The notes: a model not told the origin generated them from the letters alone. A stretch of 64,000 nt of DNA from Eledone cirrhosa (GCA_964016885.1 OZ024741.1:205592001-205656000), one strand, 5' to 3'. Shown: positions 24,914-38,211, counted from the first letter of the stretch. Numbers and translations are program-made.

Positions 24914-27900
24914 ATGGCTAGTTTACGAGTTGGAAGAGTGAGTGTGCGTGGCCTAGAAACAGGGCCAACTTTTAAACGACCTTAGGTCACACGGTATGGA
25001 TGTGATAGCCATCACCGAGTCTAGGATCCACAACAGGCAGCAGCTAACCCCCATCTTAGACGACTTTGAGATCTACGCATTTCTCTGTCAGCCAGGAGGT
25101 GGAGGGGGAGTGGCTGTCATGACGTCGAAGTACAGCAAGTACACTTGGACCCGGAGGGTAGACTGGTAGTCCTAGACGTGAACAGTATTGGAGGTGGAGC
25201 CTTCAGACTGGTGGCCGTTTATGCAACGACCGGGCAATCGCAATCACGGCCAGACTTCTTTAAGCGTCTAGAGTCTTTTCTGGGAACGTCTCACTCCTTA
25301 ATTGTAGTGGGGGACTGGAATGGTATCCTAGATGCACGATGGGACAATGTGGGAGCATGTCCCAGTAGAGGGGGTTGCAACAGCCTCAAAACTTTAATCG
25401 GCCAATTCCAACTGGCCGATAGGTATCGACTAGATTTCCCGACTGCACCACAGTGGACGTGGGCAAACAGCAGCTGGACATCTAGATCGTATTTAGATAG
25501 GTTCTTCATTAGAGAAAGGGACAAGGAGATGTTAAGCTGTCCAGGAATGCACATGGTTGCCTATTCAGATCACAAATTAGTCGTCTTCTTAGTCAACCGT
25601 GATAGAACACATAGACAAGGAGCCGGATACTGGAAGCTGAACGTGTCGCTGCCGGCACGTAAAGCTTAGAGTGAACGGATAAGTAGACTAGTCAAGCAAC
25701 AGTTAACGGGAGCCATCGTCAACAATAAATGGTGGTACTCTCTCAAGAAAGCAATTAGAATAGAATCGATAGGGTTTAGAAGAGAGTTAGCCTTAGAGAA
25801 AAACAAAATAGAAAAAGAACTAGTAGCCAAGGTAGAGGTGGCACTTAGAAGTGGAAACGCGGCTAGAGTGTTAGCGTCGAGAACGGCACTGGATCAGTTC
25901 TTCGATGCGAAACACAAAGGCTGCGTGGTCAGAAGCAAAATACGTGGTCTAGGAAACGAAGGCGCGAAAGCTGTCAGCTGGGCCCGAGTGGCGGAGGCAA
26001 TAAGTGGCAACAAGTCCACGATTCGGTCTTTGAATGATCAAAACGGACGCGTGCTACTTGACCGCAAGCGGGTGTGCGCGGCCTTTCAGTGGCACTTTGC
26101 GCAATTGTTCGAGCAGGGTGGCGGTGCGTCGAACGGGGCAATGGACTTCGATTCATACCTCGACAGCCTGCCGCGTCTCTCGAGCATGGACGCCGAGTTC
26201 TGCGAAAGACCGATCACAGCCACTGAGATACGGGACGCTCTGGGCCGCTGCGGGAAACGCAAATCACCCGGTCTAGATGGTCTACCCTATGAGTTTTACA
26301 TAGGCATGCCGGACTTGTTCTCTGGCGTCCTCGAGGCCGTCTACTGCAACTGGCAGCAGAACGGGAGAATTCCCAGTTCTGCAGGCAGGGGCATAGTAAC
26401 GCTGATCAGAATAGACGAGAACAAGGGGGACGAATTAAGCAACTTTAGGCCCATAACTCTGCTCAACACAGAGTTAAAGATTTTGGCCAAGGTGTTGGCA
26501 ACGAGGTTGGCGCTTGTCGTCGAGAACCTGGTAGAGAAAGCGCAAACGTTTGCAATCCCGACCAGGTCCATACGCGACAACCTCCACCTCATGCGATACA
26601 TCATAGAGAGGGTGGGTAGTAAACCCGGCTTTGGTGCGGCTCTGATAAATTTAGATCAGTCTAAGGCGTTCGATAGGGTCGACCATCGATATTTGGAAGA
26701 GGTTCTCAAGGCGGCCGGTTTCGGAGCCGTCTTCAGAGGCTGGATCACCGCAATGCACATCAACATCTGCTCGATGGTCAAGGTGCGGGGGCCTAACGGA
26801 TCCGTTCGCAATCACGCGTTCATCCGACAGGGATGCCCTCTCTCCTCCATTCTGTACGTACTGACTCTAGAGCCACTGCTGCGGAAGTTGGAGCTGCTGC
26901 AGGGCATTCCGTTGGAACCGGGACTGCGGAAAGCGGCGTCGGCTTATGCCGACGACGTGACGGTAATGGTGTCGGAAGCCTCCGAAATCGGGGCGATCGG
27001 CAACTTACTGCAGGAATACGAAAGGTTCACAGGAGCAAAACTGAACCCGGACAAGTCTGTCGGTTGCAACTCGGAACGTGGAGAGGCAAACCGATGACGT
27101 CCGACAGCATCGTCGGACGCTGGACGGACGGACCGGTGAAATCGCTCGGGGTCTGGTTCGGTCTGGACTTCCAGGTGGAGAACAACTGGAACGAGGTCAC
27201 GACCAAGGTATTTGCGCTCACCCAGAAGTGGGCAGAGTGCAAACTATCCTTGAACGGTCGAGCGGAGGTGGCGAACACTTTCATAGCGTCCGTTATCTAC
27301 TACCGCTTGACCGTCGTGCCTTGTCCCCGTGAACACATCACCAAGATGGAACGCATGCTCTTCCAGTTCCTTTGGAATAAGCATGCTCCACTGGTGAGGA
27401 GATCCGTCTGCTGTCAGCACCCTTCCAACAGAGGGCTGGGACTGCAGTGGCTGATGATGCGCTGAGGCTACGGCATCTACAGGTATTCCTCACCGACCCC
27501 CAACCGATGTGGGCACGGTTTGTGAGACAGGCCTTCCCGCAACTTGTCTCTGAGGGAGCTGCAGTCCTGGGTCAAGCGAAGTCCGAAGAAGATGGGCGCT
27601 TGGCACATTGAATGCGCTCAGGCGCTCACAGTCCTCTATCAAGTGGGAACGGCAATCAGTGGAGACTCCACTTCGACATTCTATAGAGGGTTAGTAAGTC
27701 ACAAGGGCGACGACGTGCTCGGAGAGATTCTAGGCGTCGAAGACGACGAACTCACCAGTCTGTTTGGTAGGACTTTCCGCCCGGGACCCATGGACAACTT
27801 CCAGAGGTACCTGGCCTGGCAGTGTTACCGAGGAGCTCTACCAATTCGTGACATGATCTACAGGCACGGACGCCCCAGCAGGGATCCTTCCAAGAGGACG

Positions 27901-28316
27901 TGTCCAAGATGCGCGCAGGACACTGAAACCGTTCTGCACGCAATTGTACACTGCCCGGGCGTAACCGACCTGTGGAACTACGCGGAACAACTGCTTCGCG
28001 TATGGGACAAATCCAGTTGACTGCCGAGTCCATAGTAAGGATCAAACCGCCAACTTCTTTCAAAAACGAAAGACAGGCGGTTTTCCTCTGTATAGTGGTT
28101 ATGGTGAAAGAGGTTATATGGTGGACGAGATTGAGAGGACTGAGGACAGATGCCTTTCTCCCCGGACAACAACCCATTCTCTTCTTTCGATACCACTTTA
28201 GAAGGAGAATCAGAGTGGAGAGAGAGGCACTGCACCCCAGTAAATTTACTGAAAGGTGGGTGAATGTGGCAAAAATGGCCGGAGTGATTGGGCCTTCTCT
28301 GTATATAAACCTGTAG
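24914..28316 (+). pseudogene. Copy 1 ORF2: APE endonuclease, reverse transcriptase, CCHC finger
   Basis: VGDWN, SRSYLDRF, YSDHK, GYWKLN, KSPGLDGLPYEFY, FRPITLLN, LDQSKAFDRVDH, IRQGCPLS, AYADDV, CPRC...H...C. Several frameshifts and stops. Confidence 0.95.
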
Positions 28317-28549
28317 GTTGAAGAAGAGAGCAAAAGGAAGAAAGGAGCACTTGCACAATACGCTCCTGAAGTTGAGGGTTGTTCTATCGACGGGGTATTA
28401 AACAACCCATTTGTGGGGCCTGCCCCCTATTGGGGATTTCGGTTGTTATAATTATTTGTTTTATATTTTTTTATACGATTGTATGTAAAATCCCCGGCAT
28501 GTCTTTGTATTGTCCCCTTTTCTTGTGCGCTCTTGTGGCTAATAAAGAA

Positions 28550-28628
<79 letters not shown>
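28550..28628. repeat. (ATCT)n tract between Tx1 copies 1 and 2
   Basis: Read directly. Confidence 0.97.
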
Positions 28629-31600
28629 GTAGCGGAACATCTAGATCGTACGTAGATAGGGTTCTAGTTAGAAATAAGGATAGGGACATGTTGAGCTGTC
28701 CACAAATGTTCATGGTTGCCTATTCAGATCACAAACTAGTGACCTGCATGGCCAACCTTGATAGAACCCATAGACAAGGACCCGGCTACTGGAAGCTGAA
28801 CTTGTCGTTACCGACAAGCAAAGTCTACAGTAGACGGATTAGCACTTTAGTTAAACAGCACTTGACAGGGCCATTGTCAACAACAGATGGTGGTACTCTC
28901 TCAAGTGGGCAGTTAGATTAGACTCGATAGTTTTTAGTAAAGAATTAGCGTTAGATAGAAATAGAACCGAGAAGGAACTGGTAGATAAAGTAGAAGAGAA
29001 CGGCCTTGGACCAGTTCTTCGACGCAAAGCACGAGGGCTGCGTTGTCAGAAGCAAAATACGTGCTCTGGGAAACGAGGTATCCAAAGCTGTTACCTGGGC
29101 CCGAGTGACGGAGGCAAAAAGTGGCAACAAGTCCACGATTCGGTCTTTGAAGGACCAAAACGGACGCGTGATACGTGAGCCGAAGCAGATGTGTGCGGCC
29201 TTTCAGCGGAACTTTGCTCAACTGTTCGGGAGGGGCGGCGCGCCGGGAGGGGCTATGGATTTCGGTCCATACCTCGACGGCCTACCACGACTCTCGGACA
29301 GCGAGGCAAAGTTCTGCGAAAAGCCGATTTCAGCCGCCGAGATAGGGGACGAGCTGAGCCAATGCGGCAAACGCAAATCTCCAGGTCTCGACGGTCTACC
29401 CTACGAATTTTACGTAGCAATGCCAGACTTATTCTCCGGTCTCCTGGAAGCGGTCTACTGCAACTGGCAACAGAACGGGAGAATTCCCAGTTCTGTAACC
29501 GGGGGCGTGGCCACACTAATCAGGAAGGACGAGAATAAGGGGGATGACATAGCCAACTTCCGGCCCATAACTCTGCTAAACACAGAGTTACAGATTTTGG
29601 CCAAGGTGTTGGCAAAGAGGCTTGTCGTCGAGAACCTGGTGGGAGAAGCGCAGACATGCGCAATCCCGACCAGGTCCATACACGACAACCTCCACCTCAT
29701 GCGATACATCATAGAGAGGGTAGGGTGTAAACCCGGCTTCGGTGGGGCCCTGATCAACTTGGATCAGTCTAAGGCTTTCGATAGGGTTGACCATCGTTAC
29801 CTGGATGCGGTACTCGAGGCGGCAGGCTTCGGACCCGTGTTCAGGGGCTGGATTGCTGCAATGCACAACAGCAACATCTGCTCAAGGGTCAAGGTTACCT
29901 CTCGGAGCCGTTCCATATTACGCGATCCATTCGACAGGGATGCCCTCTCGCCTCCCTTCTGTAGGTACTGACTCTAGAGCCACTACTGCGGAAGTTGGAG
30001 CTATTGCAGGGCATCCCTCTGGAACCGGGACTGCGGAAAGCAGCGTCGGCCTACGCCGACGACGTGACAGTAAAGGTGTCGAGCGCCTCGCAAATCGAGG
30101 AAGTCGGCACCTTACTGAAGGAATACGAAAGTTTCACAGGAGCGAAGCTGAACCGGGACAAGTCCATCGGTTTGCAACTCGGATCGTGGAGAGGCAAACC
30201 GATGCCTTCCGATGGCGTCGTCGAACGCTGGACGGAAGGACCGGTAAAGCTGCACGGGTCTGGTTTGGTCCGGACCTCCAGGTGGAGAAGAACTGGAACG
30301 AAGTGACGGCCAAGGTGTTTGCACTCACCCAGAAGTGGGCCGAGTGCAAACTATCCTTGAAAGGTCGAGAGGAGGTGGCGAACACTTTTATAGCGTCCGC
30401 CATCTACTACCGCTTGACCGTCGTGCCTTGTCCAGCCAAAACGCTCGCCAAAATCGAGCGCGCGCTCTTCCGATTCCTTTGGAAGAGGCGGGCTCCTTTG
30501 GTGAGAAGATCCATCTGGTGCCAACACCCTTCTAACGGAGGGCTGAGGCTGCCGTGGTTGACGATGCGCAAACACGCACTCAGGCTGCGGCATCTTTACG
30601 TATTCCTCACCGGACAACCGGTGTGGGCCCCGTTCGTGAGGCGAGCCTTCCCACGACTCGTCTCGCTGACCGAGCTGCAGTCCTGGGTCAAGCAAAGACC
30701 GAGGAAAATGGGCGACTGGCACATCGAATGTGCTCAGGCGCTCACAGCCCTTTGGCAGGCGGACCCGGCGATCAGTGGAGACTCCACTTCGTCATTCTAT
30801 AGAGGGTTGATCCGTAGCAAGTGCGACGACGCGCTCGGTGAAACTCTAGGCGTAGAGGAAGATGAACTGGCCAGTCTGTTCGGTAGGACCTTCCGCCCGG
30901 GACCGATGGACAACTTCCAAAAGTCCCTGGCCTGGCAGTGCTACCGAGGAGCTCTACCAATTCGAGACAAGCTCTACAGACATGGGCGCCCGGGCAGGGA
31001 CCCTGCAAAAAAGATCTGTCCGAGGTGCGTGAGAGACGAAGAAACCGTCGCGCACGCATTCATACACTGCCCGGGCGTCACTGACCTGTGGGGCTATGTA
31101 GAACGACTATTGTCGTGGGTGGGACCAATCCGGTTGACCACCGAGTGAGTCCATTGTCATGATCAAACCGCCACCCTCCTTCAAAAACGAAGGAGAGGCG
31201 GTTTTCCTTTGTGTGATAGCTATGGCGAAAGAGGTTGTATGGTGGACAAGGTTGAAAGGGCTGAGGTCAGACACCTTTCTCTCCGGCCAACAACTGATTC
31301 TTTTTTTAAAATACCACTTTGGAAGAAGAATCAGGATGGAGAGAGAGGTGCTGTACCCCAGCAAGTTTTATGAAAGGTGGGTGAAAGTGACGAGAATGGC
31401 CCGAGTGAATGGGCCTTCTCTCTATATCAGCCTGTAGGTTGAGGAAAAGGAGGAGGAGAGGAAAGGAGTACAAACTCTTCGTACTCCTGGAGATGAGGGT
31501 TGCACATTTTTTTTCGGGGGTATGTGTTACCCATATAAACTGTCTCCCTCTATTGGGGAAAATCGACTAACTTTTTAAATTCCATCTGTGATAACATTTT

Positions 31601-31675
31601 ACACGTTTTTATTGTATCTAAACTTCCCCCTTTGTATTTGTCCCCTTCTTTTGTGCCCCTGTGGCTAATAAAGAA
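28629..31675 (+). mobile_element. Tx1/L1-clade copy 2, 5'-truncated within the APE domain (ORF2 remnant to 31437)
   Basis: Starts at SGTSRSYVDRV right after (ATCT)n. RT motifs as in copy 1. Ends ARVNGPSLYISL*, then 3' UTR with AATAAAGAA. Confidence 0.95.

Positions 31676-31757
<82 letters not shown>
31676..31757. repeat. (ATCT)n tract between Tx1 copies 2 and 3
   Basis: Read directly. Confidence 0.97.
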
Positions 31758-31989
31758 AATCTAGCTGTCGTCTGTTCTACAGCGTAGATGTAATTCACTT
31801 CGCGCAGAAGTTTTGTTCAAATTTATTGCGGAAATTTTGTAAGTTCAATTTTAATTTTGATACTATTGTGTAGCTTGACCCCCCGTCTGAACTGTCAGGC
31901 GGTGGGTCAGCTCATCTTTGCCCCTCCCAGGGGTGAAAAACCTGTTTTAAAAATTTTGTGGCATAAAAAATTTCAATCGTCTGACAGAA

Positions 31990-33870
31990 ATGTTAAACGA
32001 AGCTAACGAAAATAGTGGTGGGGGGACAGCGGTAAGAGTTGTTAGCTCGCACGCTTTAGTCCCCCCTTCCTTCCCAACTAACGTCATAGAGAAGGAAAGA
32101 AAAAATAAAATAAAAACAGACGAATCTGCGGAGAAAAATGACGAAAACACAAATCTGAACATTGATTCCAACAACGGAAAAAAAAAATTTGAAAAATTGC
32201 ATGACAATATTAATACCACAAACAAAGACACAACAAACACAAAAATAGCATTTGAAAACAACATCATAACAGAAAGCAAAGCAGACGACAAAGTCAACAC
32301 CAATAATATTTCATTTGCACAAACACCAAAGAAATCTTTGACATATATACCTGAAAATATTTCAGATGTGGCACAAAGAATTACAGACGCCAAACAATAC
32401 ATAACTGAAGGGGAAAATGGTATTTTATCGGTAAAAATGCCTCAAGAACTCACCAAAGACATTGAAAGTCGGACGGTCGTTTTCCGCACCATCAACAACA
32501 TTTCTAAAAAACCTCATCAGCCAACACAAACAGAATCAAAGCAGTACTTACAGAAGTACTTAATGAAACCACTTTCATAAGAAAAGACAGACTGTATGGA
32601 AGCCTAGCGATTATTATGAAGAACGAATCGGCGGCAAAAAAATGTGCTTTATCACCGATTCGTTCGACAAATTTTACCTTTTATCCATCTTATATGGGTA
32701 AAAGAACTCAGCGCATATGGCTGGATGCAATGATGCCAGATGTGGACTACTGCTGGCTCATAGCTGGCTTCATCGATCCAGCGAATGACAACGTGATTTC
32801 CATTCGGAAAACCACAGGCAATGCGTTCAGTGGAACAGGTATAGAACTTGTAGTGCAAATGAAGCCTGAACGCATCGCCCAAATACCCGACAGAATCCTA
32901 TTAGAGGGCCACGGGTATATAAACATCAGCGTGGAGGGGAGAAGGCCGTCTTGTCATATCTGTGCAGGCAGAGGGCACCTGAAGGCGGCTTGTCCCCAAC
33001 TCAACAAAAAGAAAACCCTGCTACCAACACCAGCTCCACCACCACCACAACAGATAAACAAACAACAAAACTCAGTCCCACCCAACCCGTCCCTCAGTAA
33101 AACTACACCACCACCACAACACAAACAGTCACAACACATTACCCAAAAACAAAATACAGTCCCACCCAACCCCTCACTCAATAAAACAACACAACCACCG
33201 CAGCCACAACACACAACAGTCTAACATAGTGACATCCATCTCCCCCACAAAGAAAACCAACACGGAAACATTACCAGCAAACATACCTCTTCCCTCCAAC
33301 ACTGAAGATAACCCAACGAATTCGGAGGAAGAAACGGAGTCCTTCAGACAGATTAAAAGGAAAAAAAGAAAACATGTGCAAAACACACAAGGCCAAACAA
33401 CCCCTACCCAAATGTCAACACAATACAACAAAACACAAAACACCCCTCCAGCAACAAACAAAACCAAACCTGCCCCTCCCCTCTTCGAAACACTCACACC
33501 ATCCGAAAAAAAGACATTACACTATACTTACATCAACAGAAACAATAATAAATTAAATGAACTCATAAACAATAATCCTTCGGTACAAACCGAAGGTGTA
33601 AACTTTACCCACATTTAAAATTAATAAAGATCTCAATGAACCTCTACCAAAAACTAAAAAAGGATTTTAAGGAGGACGTAGGACCACCCTCTGTCAAACC
33701 CATAAACCGCGTCCTACCAAAAAGCTTTCCCCCTCCCCTTCCCCTCCCCAACACAACTCCAAACACCCCAACCCTACCACACACTGACGACCCCACACCA
33801 CCACAAGACACCCCTTCACCCAACACCCATGGAAGTCGTGCGACCCGAACCCCGGGAAGCAGACAGGTAG
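31990..33870 (+). pseudogene. Copy 3 ORF1 (gag-like, zinc knuckle), interrupted
   Basis: RTVVFRT, YPSYMGKRT, CHICAGRGHLKAAC; ends MEVVRPEPREADR*. Confidence 0.82.
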
Positions 33871-33903
33871 GTCTCTACACTCTCCTTTGGCTTTGCCGCC
33901 CAC

Positions 33904-36900
33904 ATGGATGTATCAAGAGTAGGATGTTTGAATGCACGTGGCCTGGGCTCAACTTGGAAGCAAGCAAAGCTTCTAAATGACCTCAGGTCACGTGGTATAA
34001 ATGTAATGGTTATCTGTGAGACTCGGATCAGCGCCGTGCGGCAGCTGGCCCCTACCTTCGATGACTTTGAGGTGCATGCATCTCTCTGTCAACCTGGAGG
34101 TGGGGGTGGGGTTGTCGTACTGCTGGAAAAACACCTGGGTCTCGCCGTACAGGTTGTTCACTCGGACCCGGAGGGTCGTTTGTTGGTGCTAGACGTTGGC
34201 AGTAGTGAAGGTGCGGCCTTGAGACTGGTCGCCGTCTACTCCCCTTTCGGAGCTGAACGGCCCGACTTCTTCCAGCGTTTGGAGACTTTTCTGGGAACGT
34301 CGCGTTCCCTGCTTCTAGCGGGGGATTGGAATGACATCCTAGATGCACGTTGGGACTATGCAGGAGCATGTCCTAATAGAGGGGGTGTAAAGGCCTCAAG
34401 GGGTTACTCGACCGTTTTAACTTGGTCGATAGATATCGACTAGATTTTCCAACTGTGCCAACCTGGACTTGGACGAACCACAGTGGTCAATCTAGATCGT
34501 ACTTAGATAGATTCTTAGTTAGAAGTAAGGATAGGGACATATTAAGCTGTCCAGAAATGCTCACGGTTGGCTATACGGATCACAAATTAGTGACCTGCGT
34601 ATTCAATCTCGAGAAAACACATAAACAGGGTCCCGGTTACTGGAAACTTAATTTGTCTTTACCGGCAAAAGAGACTTACAGAAACCGGATTAGCAGATTA
34701 GTTAAGGAGAGTTTGACGGGTGCAATCGTCAATAACCGATGGTGGGCATCTCTCAAAAGAGAGATTAGAACAGAATCAATAAGTTATAGCAAGATGTTAG
34801 CTGCCGATAGGAATAGAAACGAGAAAGAATTAACAGGTAAATTAGAAGAGGCAATCAAGAGCGAAGAGGTGGCCAGAGTGCAGGCATCGAGGACGGCCTT
34901 GAACCAGTTTTTAGATGCAAAGCACGAAGGCTGCGTAATTCGAAGTAAAATACGTGCTCTAGGTAATGAGGGGGCCAAAGCCGTTGGCTGGGCCCGCATG
35001 ACAGAAGCTAAGAGTGGAAATCGATCCACCATCCGGTCTTTGCAAGACGAGGATGGACGGGTGATCCGGGAGCCTAAGCAGATGTGCGAGGCCTTTCAAA
35101 GGCACTTTGCCCGATTATTCGGGGGAGGCGAGGGTCCAGGCGGGGACGTGGATTTCGGTCCATACCTCGACGGCCTGCCGCGTCTCTCGAGCGAAGAGGC
35201 AGAGTCCTGCGAGTGACCAATCTCGGCTGATGAGATCGGGGATGCGCTGAGCCAATGCAGCAGACGCAAATCTCCAGGTCTCGATGGTATACCTTACGAA
35301 CTTTATTTAGCAATGCCGGTCTTCTTCTCCGAACTCCTCGAAGCGGTCTACTGCAATTGGCAGCAGAACGGGAAAATTCCTGGTTCTGTAGCCAAGGCCG
35401 TAGTCTCGCTGGTGAGGAAGGACGAGAACAAGGGGGATAGTATAAATAATTTTCGGCCCATAACCCTGCTAAACACAGAGTTAAAGATTTTGGCCAAGGT
35501 GTTAGCAAAGAGGTTGGCGCTTGTCGTGGGTGGCCTGGTGGGAGATGCGCAGACATGTGCTATCCCATCCAGGTCCATTCACAATAACCTCCACCTCATG
35601 CGATACATCATAGAGAGGGTTGGCAACAAACCCGGCTTCGGTGGGGCCCTGATCAACTTGGATCAGTCTAAGGCCTTCGATAGGGCCGACCATGGTTACC
35701 TGGATGCGGTGCTAGCGGCGGCTGGGTTCGGTCGTGTTTTCAGAGGCTGGATCACTGCCTTACATAGCAACCACATCTGTTCTAGGATCAAGGTGAACGG
35801 CTACCTTTCGAAGCCGTTCGAAATCACACGATCCATTCGACAGGGGTGCCCTCTCTCCTCCCTTCTGTACGTATTGACTCTCGAGCCTTTACTGAGGAAG
35901 TTGGAGTTGTTGCAGGGTATCCCCCTGGAACCAGGATTGAGCAAAGCGGTGTCGGCCTACGCCGATGACGTAACAGTAATGGTATCGACCGACTCGGAGA
36001 TCGAGGCGATCGGTACCTTACTGGAGGATTACGAAAGGTTGTCAGGAGCGAAACTGAACCGGGAAAAATCCATCGGGCTGCAACTCGGAACGTGGAGAGG
36101 CAGACCGATGCCTCCCGACGGTGTCGTCGGACACTGGACGGAGGGCCCGGTGAAGTTGCTTGGGGTCTGGTTTGGACCGGACCTCCAGGTGGAAAATAAC
36201 TGGGACGAGGTTACGAACAAGGTGTTTTCACTAACCCAGAAATGGGCCAAGTCTAAGCTGTCCCTAAAAGGCCGGGCGGAGGTGGTGAACATTTACATAG
36301 CGCCCGTCACTTACTACCGCCTGACTGTCGTGCCTTGCCCTAAGGAAACACTCACCACCATGGAACGCATGCTCTTCCAATTTCTTTGGAAGAAGCGCCC
36401 TCCTATGGTGAGAAGATCCATCTGCTGCCAACAACCTTCGAAAGGAGGGCTGGGGATGCAGTGGCTGATGATGCGTAGGCACGCATTAAGGCTACGGCAC
36501 CTACAGGTATTCCTCACTGGTCAACCGGTGTGGGCTCCGTTCGTGAAACGAGCCTTTCCGAGACTCGTCTCGCTCACCGAGCTGCAGTCCTGGGTCAAGC
36601 AAAGATCCGGAAAACTGGGAGACTGGCACACTGAGTGTGCCCAGGCGCTCAGGGCTCTCTGGCAAGCGGGCCAGGCCATCGGTGGAGAATCCACCTCATC
36701 ATTCTATAGAGGGCTGGTGGCTAGCAGGGGCGATGACACCCTTGGAGAGTCGCTGGACATGGAAGAGGACGAACTGGCCAGCCTGTTCGGTAGGACTTTC
36801 GGCCCGGGACCAATGGACAACTTCCAGAAGTCACTAGCCTGGCAGTGCTACCGGGGGGCTCTACCCGTTCGAGAGAGGCTCTACAGACACGGGCGCCCGG

Positions 36901-37340
36901 GAAGGGATCCCTCTAAAAAGATTTGCCCTAGATGCGTGCGTCACGAAGAAACCGTTGCGCACGCATTGGTGCAATGTCCGGGCGTGGCTGATCTGTGGGG
37001 CTACGCCGAACGACTGCTGTCGCGGGTGGCGCCGATTCGATTGACCACCGAGTCTGTGATGACAATCAAACCGCCTCCCCTCTTCACAAAGGAAGCAAAG
37101 GCGGTTTTTCTGTGCGTAATAGCCATGTTGAAAGAGATTGTTTGGTGGACACGATTGAAAGGTCTGAGGTCAGGCAACTTCCTCTCTGGCCATAGTCTGG
37201 TCTACTTCTTCCGATATCACTTCGGAAGAAGGATAAGAATGGAGAGAGAGGTGCTTGGCCACAGGCAGTTTTATGAAAGGTGGGTGATAGTGGCGAGAAT
37301 GGCTCGTGTAAATGGGCCTTCTCTGTATACCATCCTGTAG
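33904..37340 (+). pseudogene. Copy 3 ORF2: APE-RT-CCHC, one frameshift (~34385) and one in-frame stop (35214)
   Basis: CLNARGL, ICETR, AGDWN, YTDHK, RQGCPLS, AYADDV, CPRCVRHEETVAHALVQC. Confidence 0.95.
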
Positions 37341-37591
37341 GTAAAGAAGTGAAGGAGAGGGGAGCACCTTCTCCATGTGCTCCCCGGGCAAAGGATTGCA
37401 CACTTTTTCGGGGGTGTGTGCAACCCCCATCACGTCCCCTCCCTTTTGAGGTTGTTTTCGATTATTTTCATTTTATACCCTCTTTACTCGATTCTATGTA
37501 AACTCCCCCTTTGTATTTGTCCCTTCTTTTTATGCCTTTATGGTAAATAAAGAAATATATCTATCTATCTATATGTATTTATGTATGTATG

Positions 37592-37643
<52 letters not shown>

Positions 37644-37724
37644 AAAGTTCTATTTAAATTGTTGGGATACAACAAGCAAATATTCTATAACTGATATAAA
37701 GCACTCGACAAGTATTTGGAGTAA

Positions 37725-38095
37725 ATATACGATATTAACAAATGGAAACTATATTTATAAAACCATATCTATTTTATTAGACATATTTCAAGGATACCAT
37801 GTTAAATTATGGGTATGCTTTCATCAGACAAAATACAATATAAACCAGTTTTATAAATAAACATTGACGTACCCTTTCAAAATGCAACCGTTACTTTTGG
37901 AAGACATCAAGGATAGTGATGTCTTCCAAAAGTAACGGTTGCATTTTGAAAGGGTACGTCAATGTTTATTTATAAAACTGGTTTATATTGTATTTTGTCT
38001 GATGAAAGCATACCCATAATTTAACATGGTATCCTTGAAATATGTCTAATAAAATAGATATGGTTTTATAAATATAGTTTCCATTTGTTAATATC

Positions 38096-38101
<6 letters not shown>
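37725..38101. repeat. Perfect palindrome: 185-bp arms with a 7-bp spacer, hammerhead motif in each arm
   Basis: 37725-37909 is the reverse complement of 37917-38101; spacer aggatag. Ends in (TA)n. Confidence 0.95.
37991..38056 (+). ncRNA. Minimal type I hammerhead motif (mirror copy on minus strand at 37770-37835)
   Basis: tattttgt-CTGATGA-(aagcatacccat..atggtatcctt)-GAAA-tatgtc-TA-ataaaata. 8-bp stem I; the 15.2/16.2 pair is mismatched. Confidence 0.65.
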
Positions 38102-38172
<71 letters not shown>

Positions 38173-38211
38173 TATTGAAGTTTGCTTGAAGCATTGTGGA
38201 ACAATAAGTAA

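Larger units (their letters stand above)
22926..28549 (+). mobile_element. Tx1/L1-clade non-LTR retrotransposon copy 1 (near full length, frameshifted)
   Basis: ORF1 plus ORF2 (APE-RT-CCHC), 3' UTR ending AATAAAGAA, then (ATCT)n. Confidence 0.92.
31758..37554 (+). mobile_element. Tx1/L1-clade copy 3, apparently full length (~5.8 kb)
   Basis: 5' UTR with a hairpin, ORF1, ORF2, 3' UTR AATAAAGAA plus short (ATCT)n to ~37572. Confidence 0.93.
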
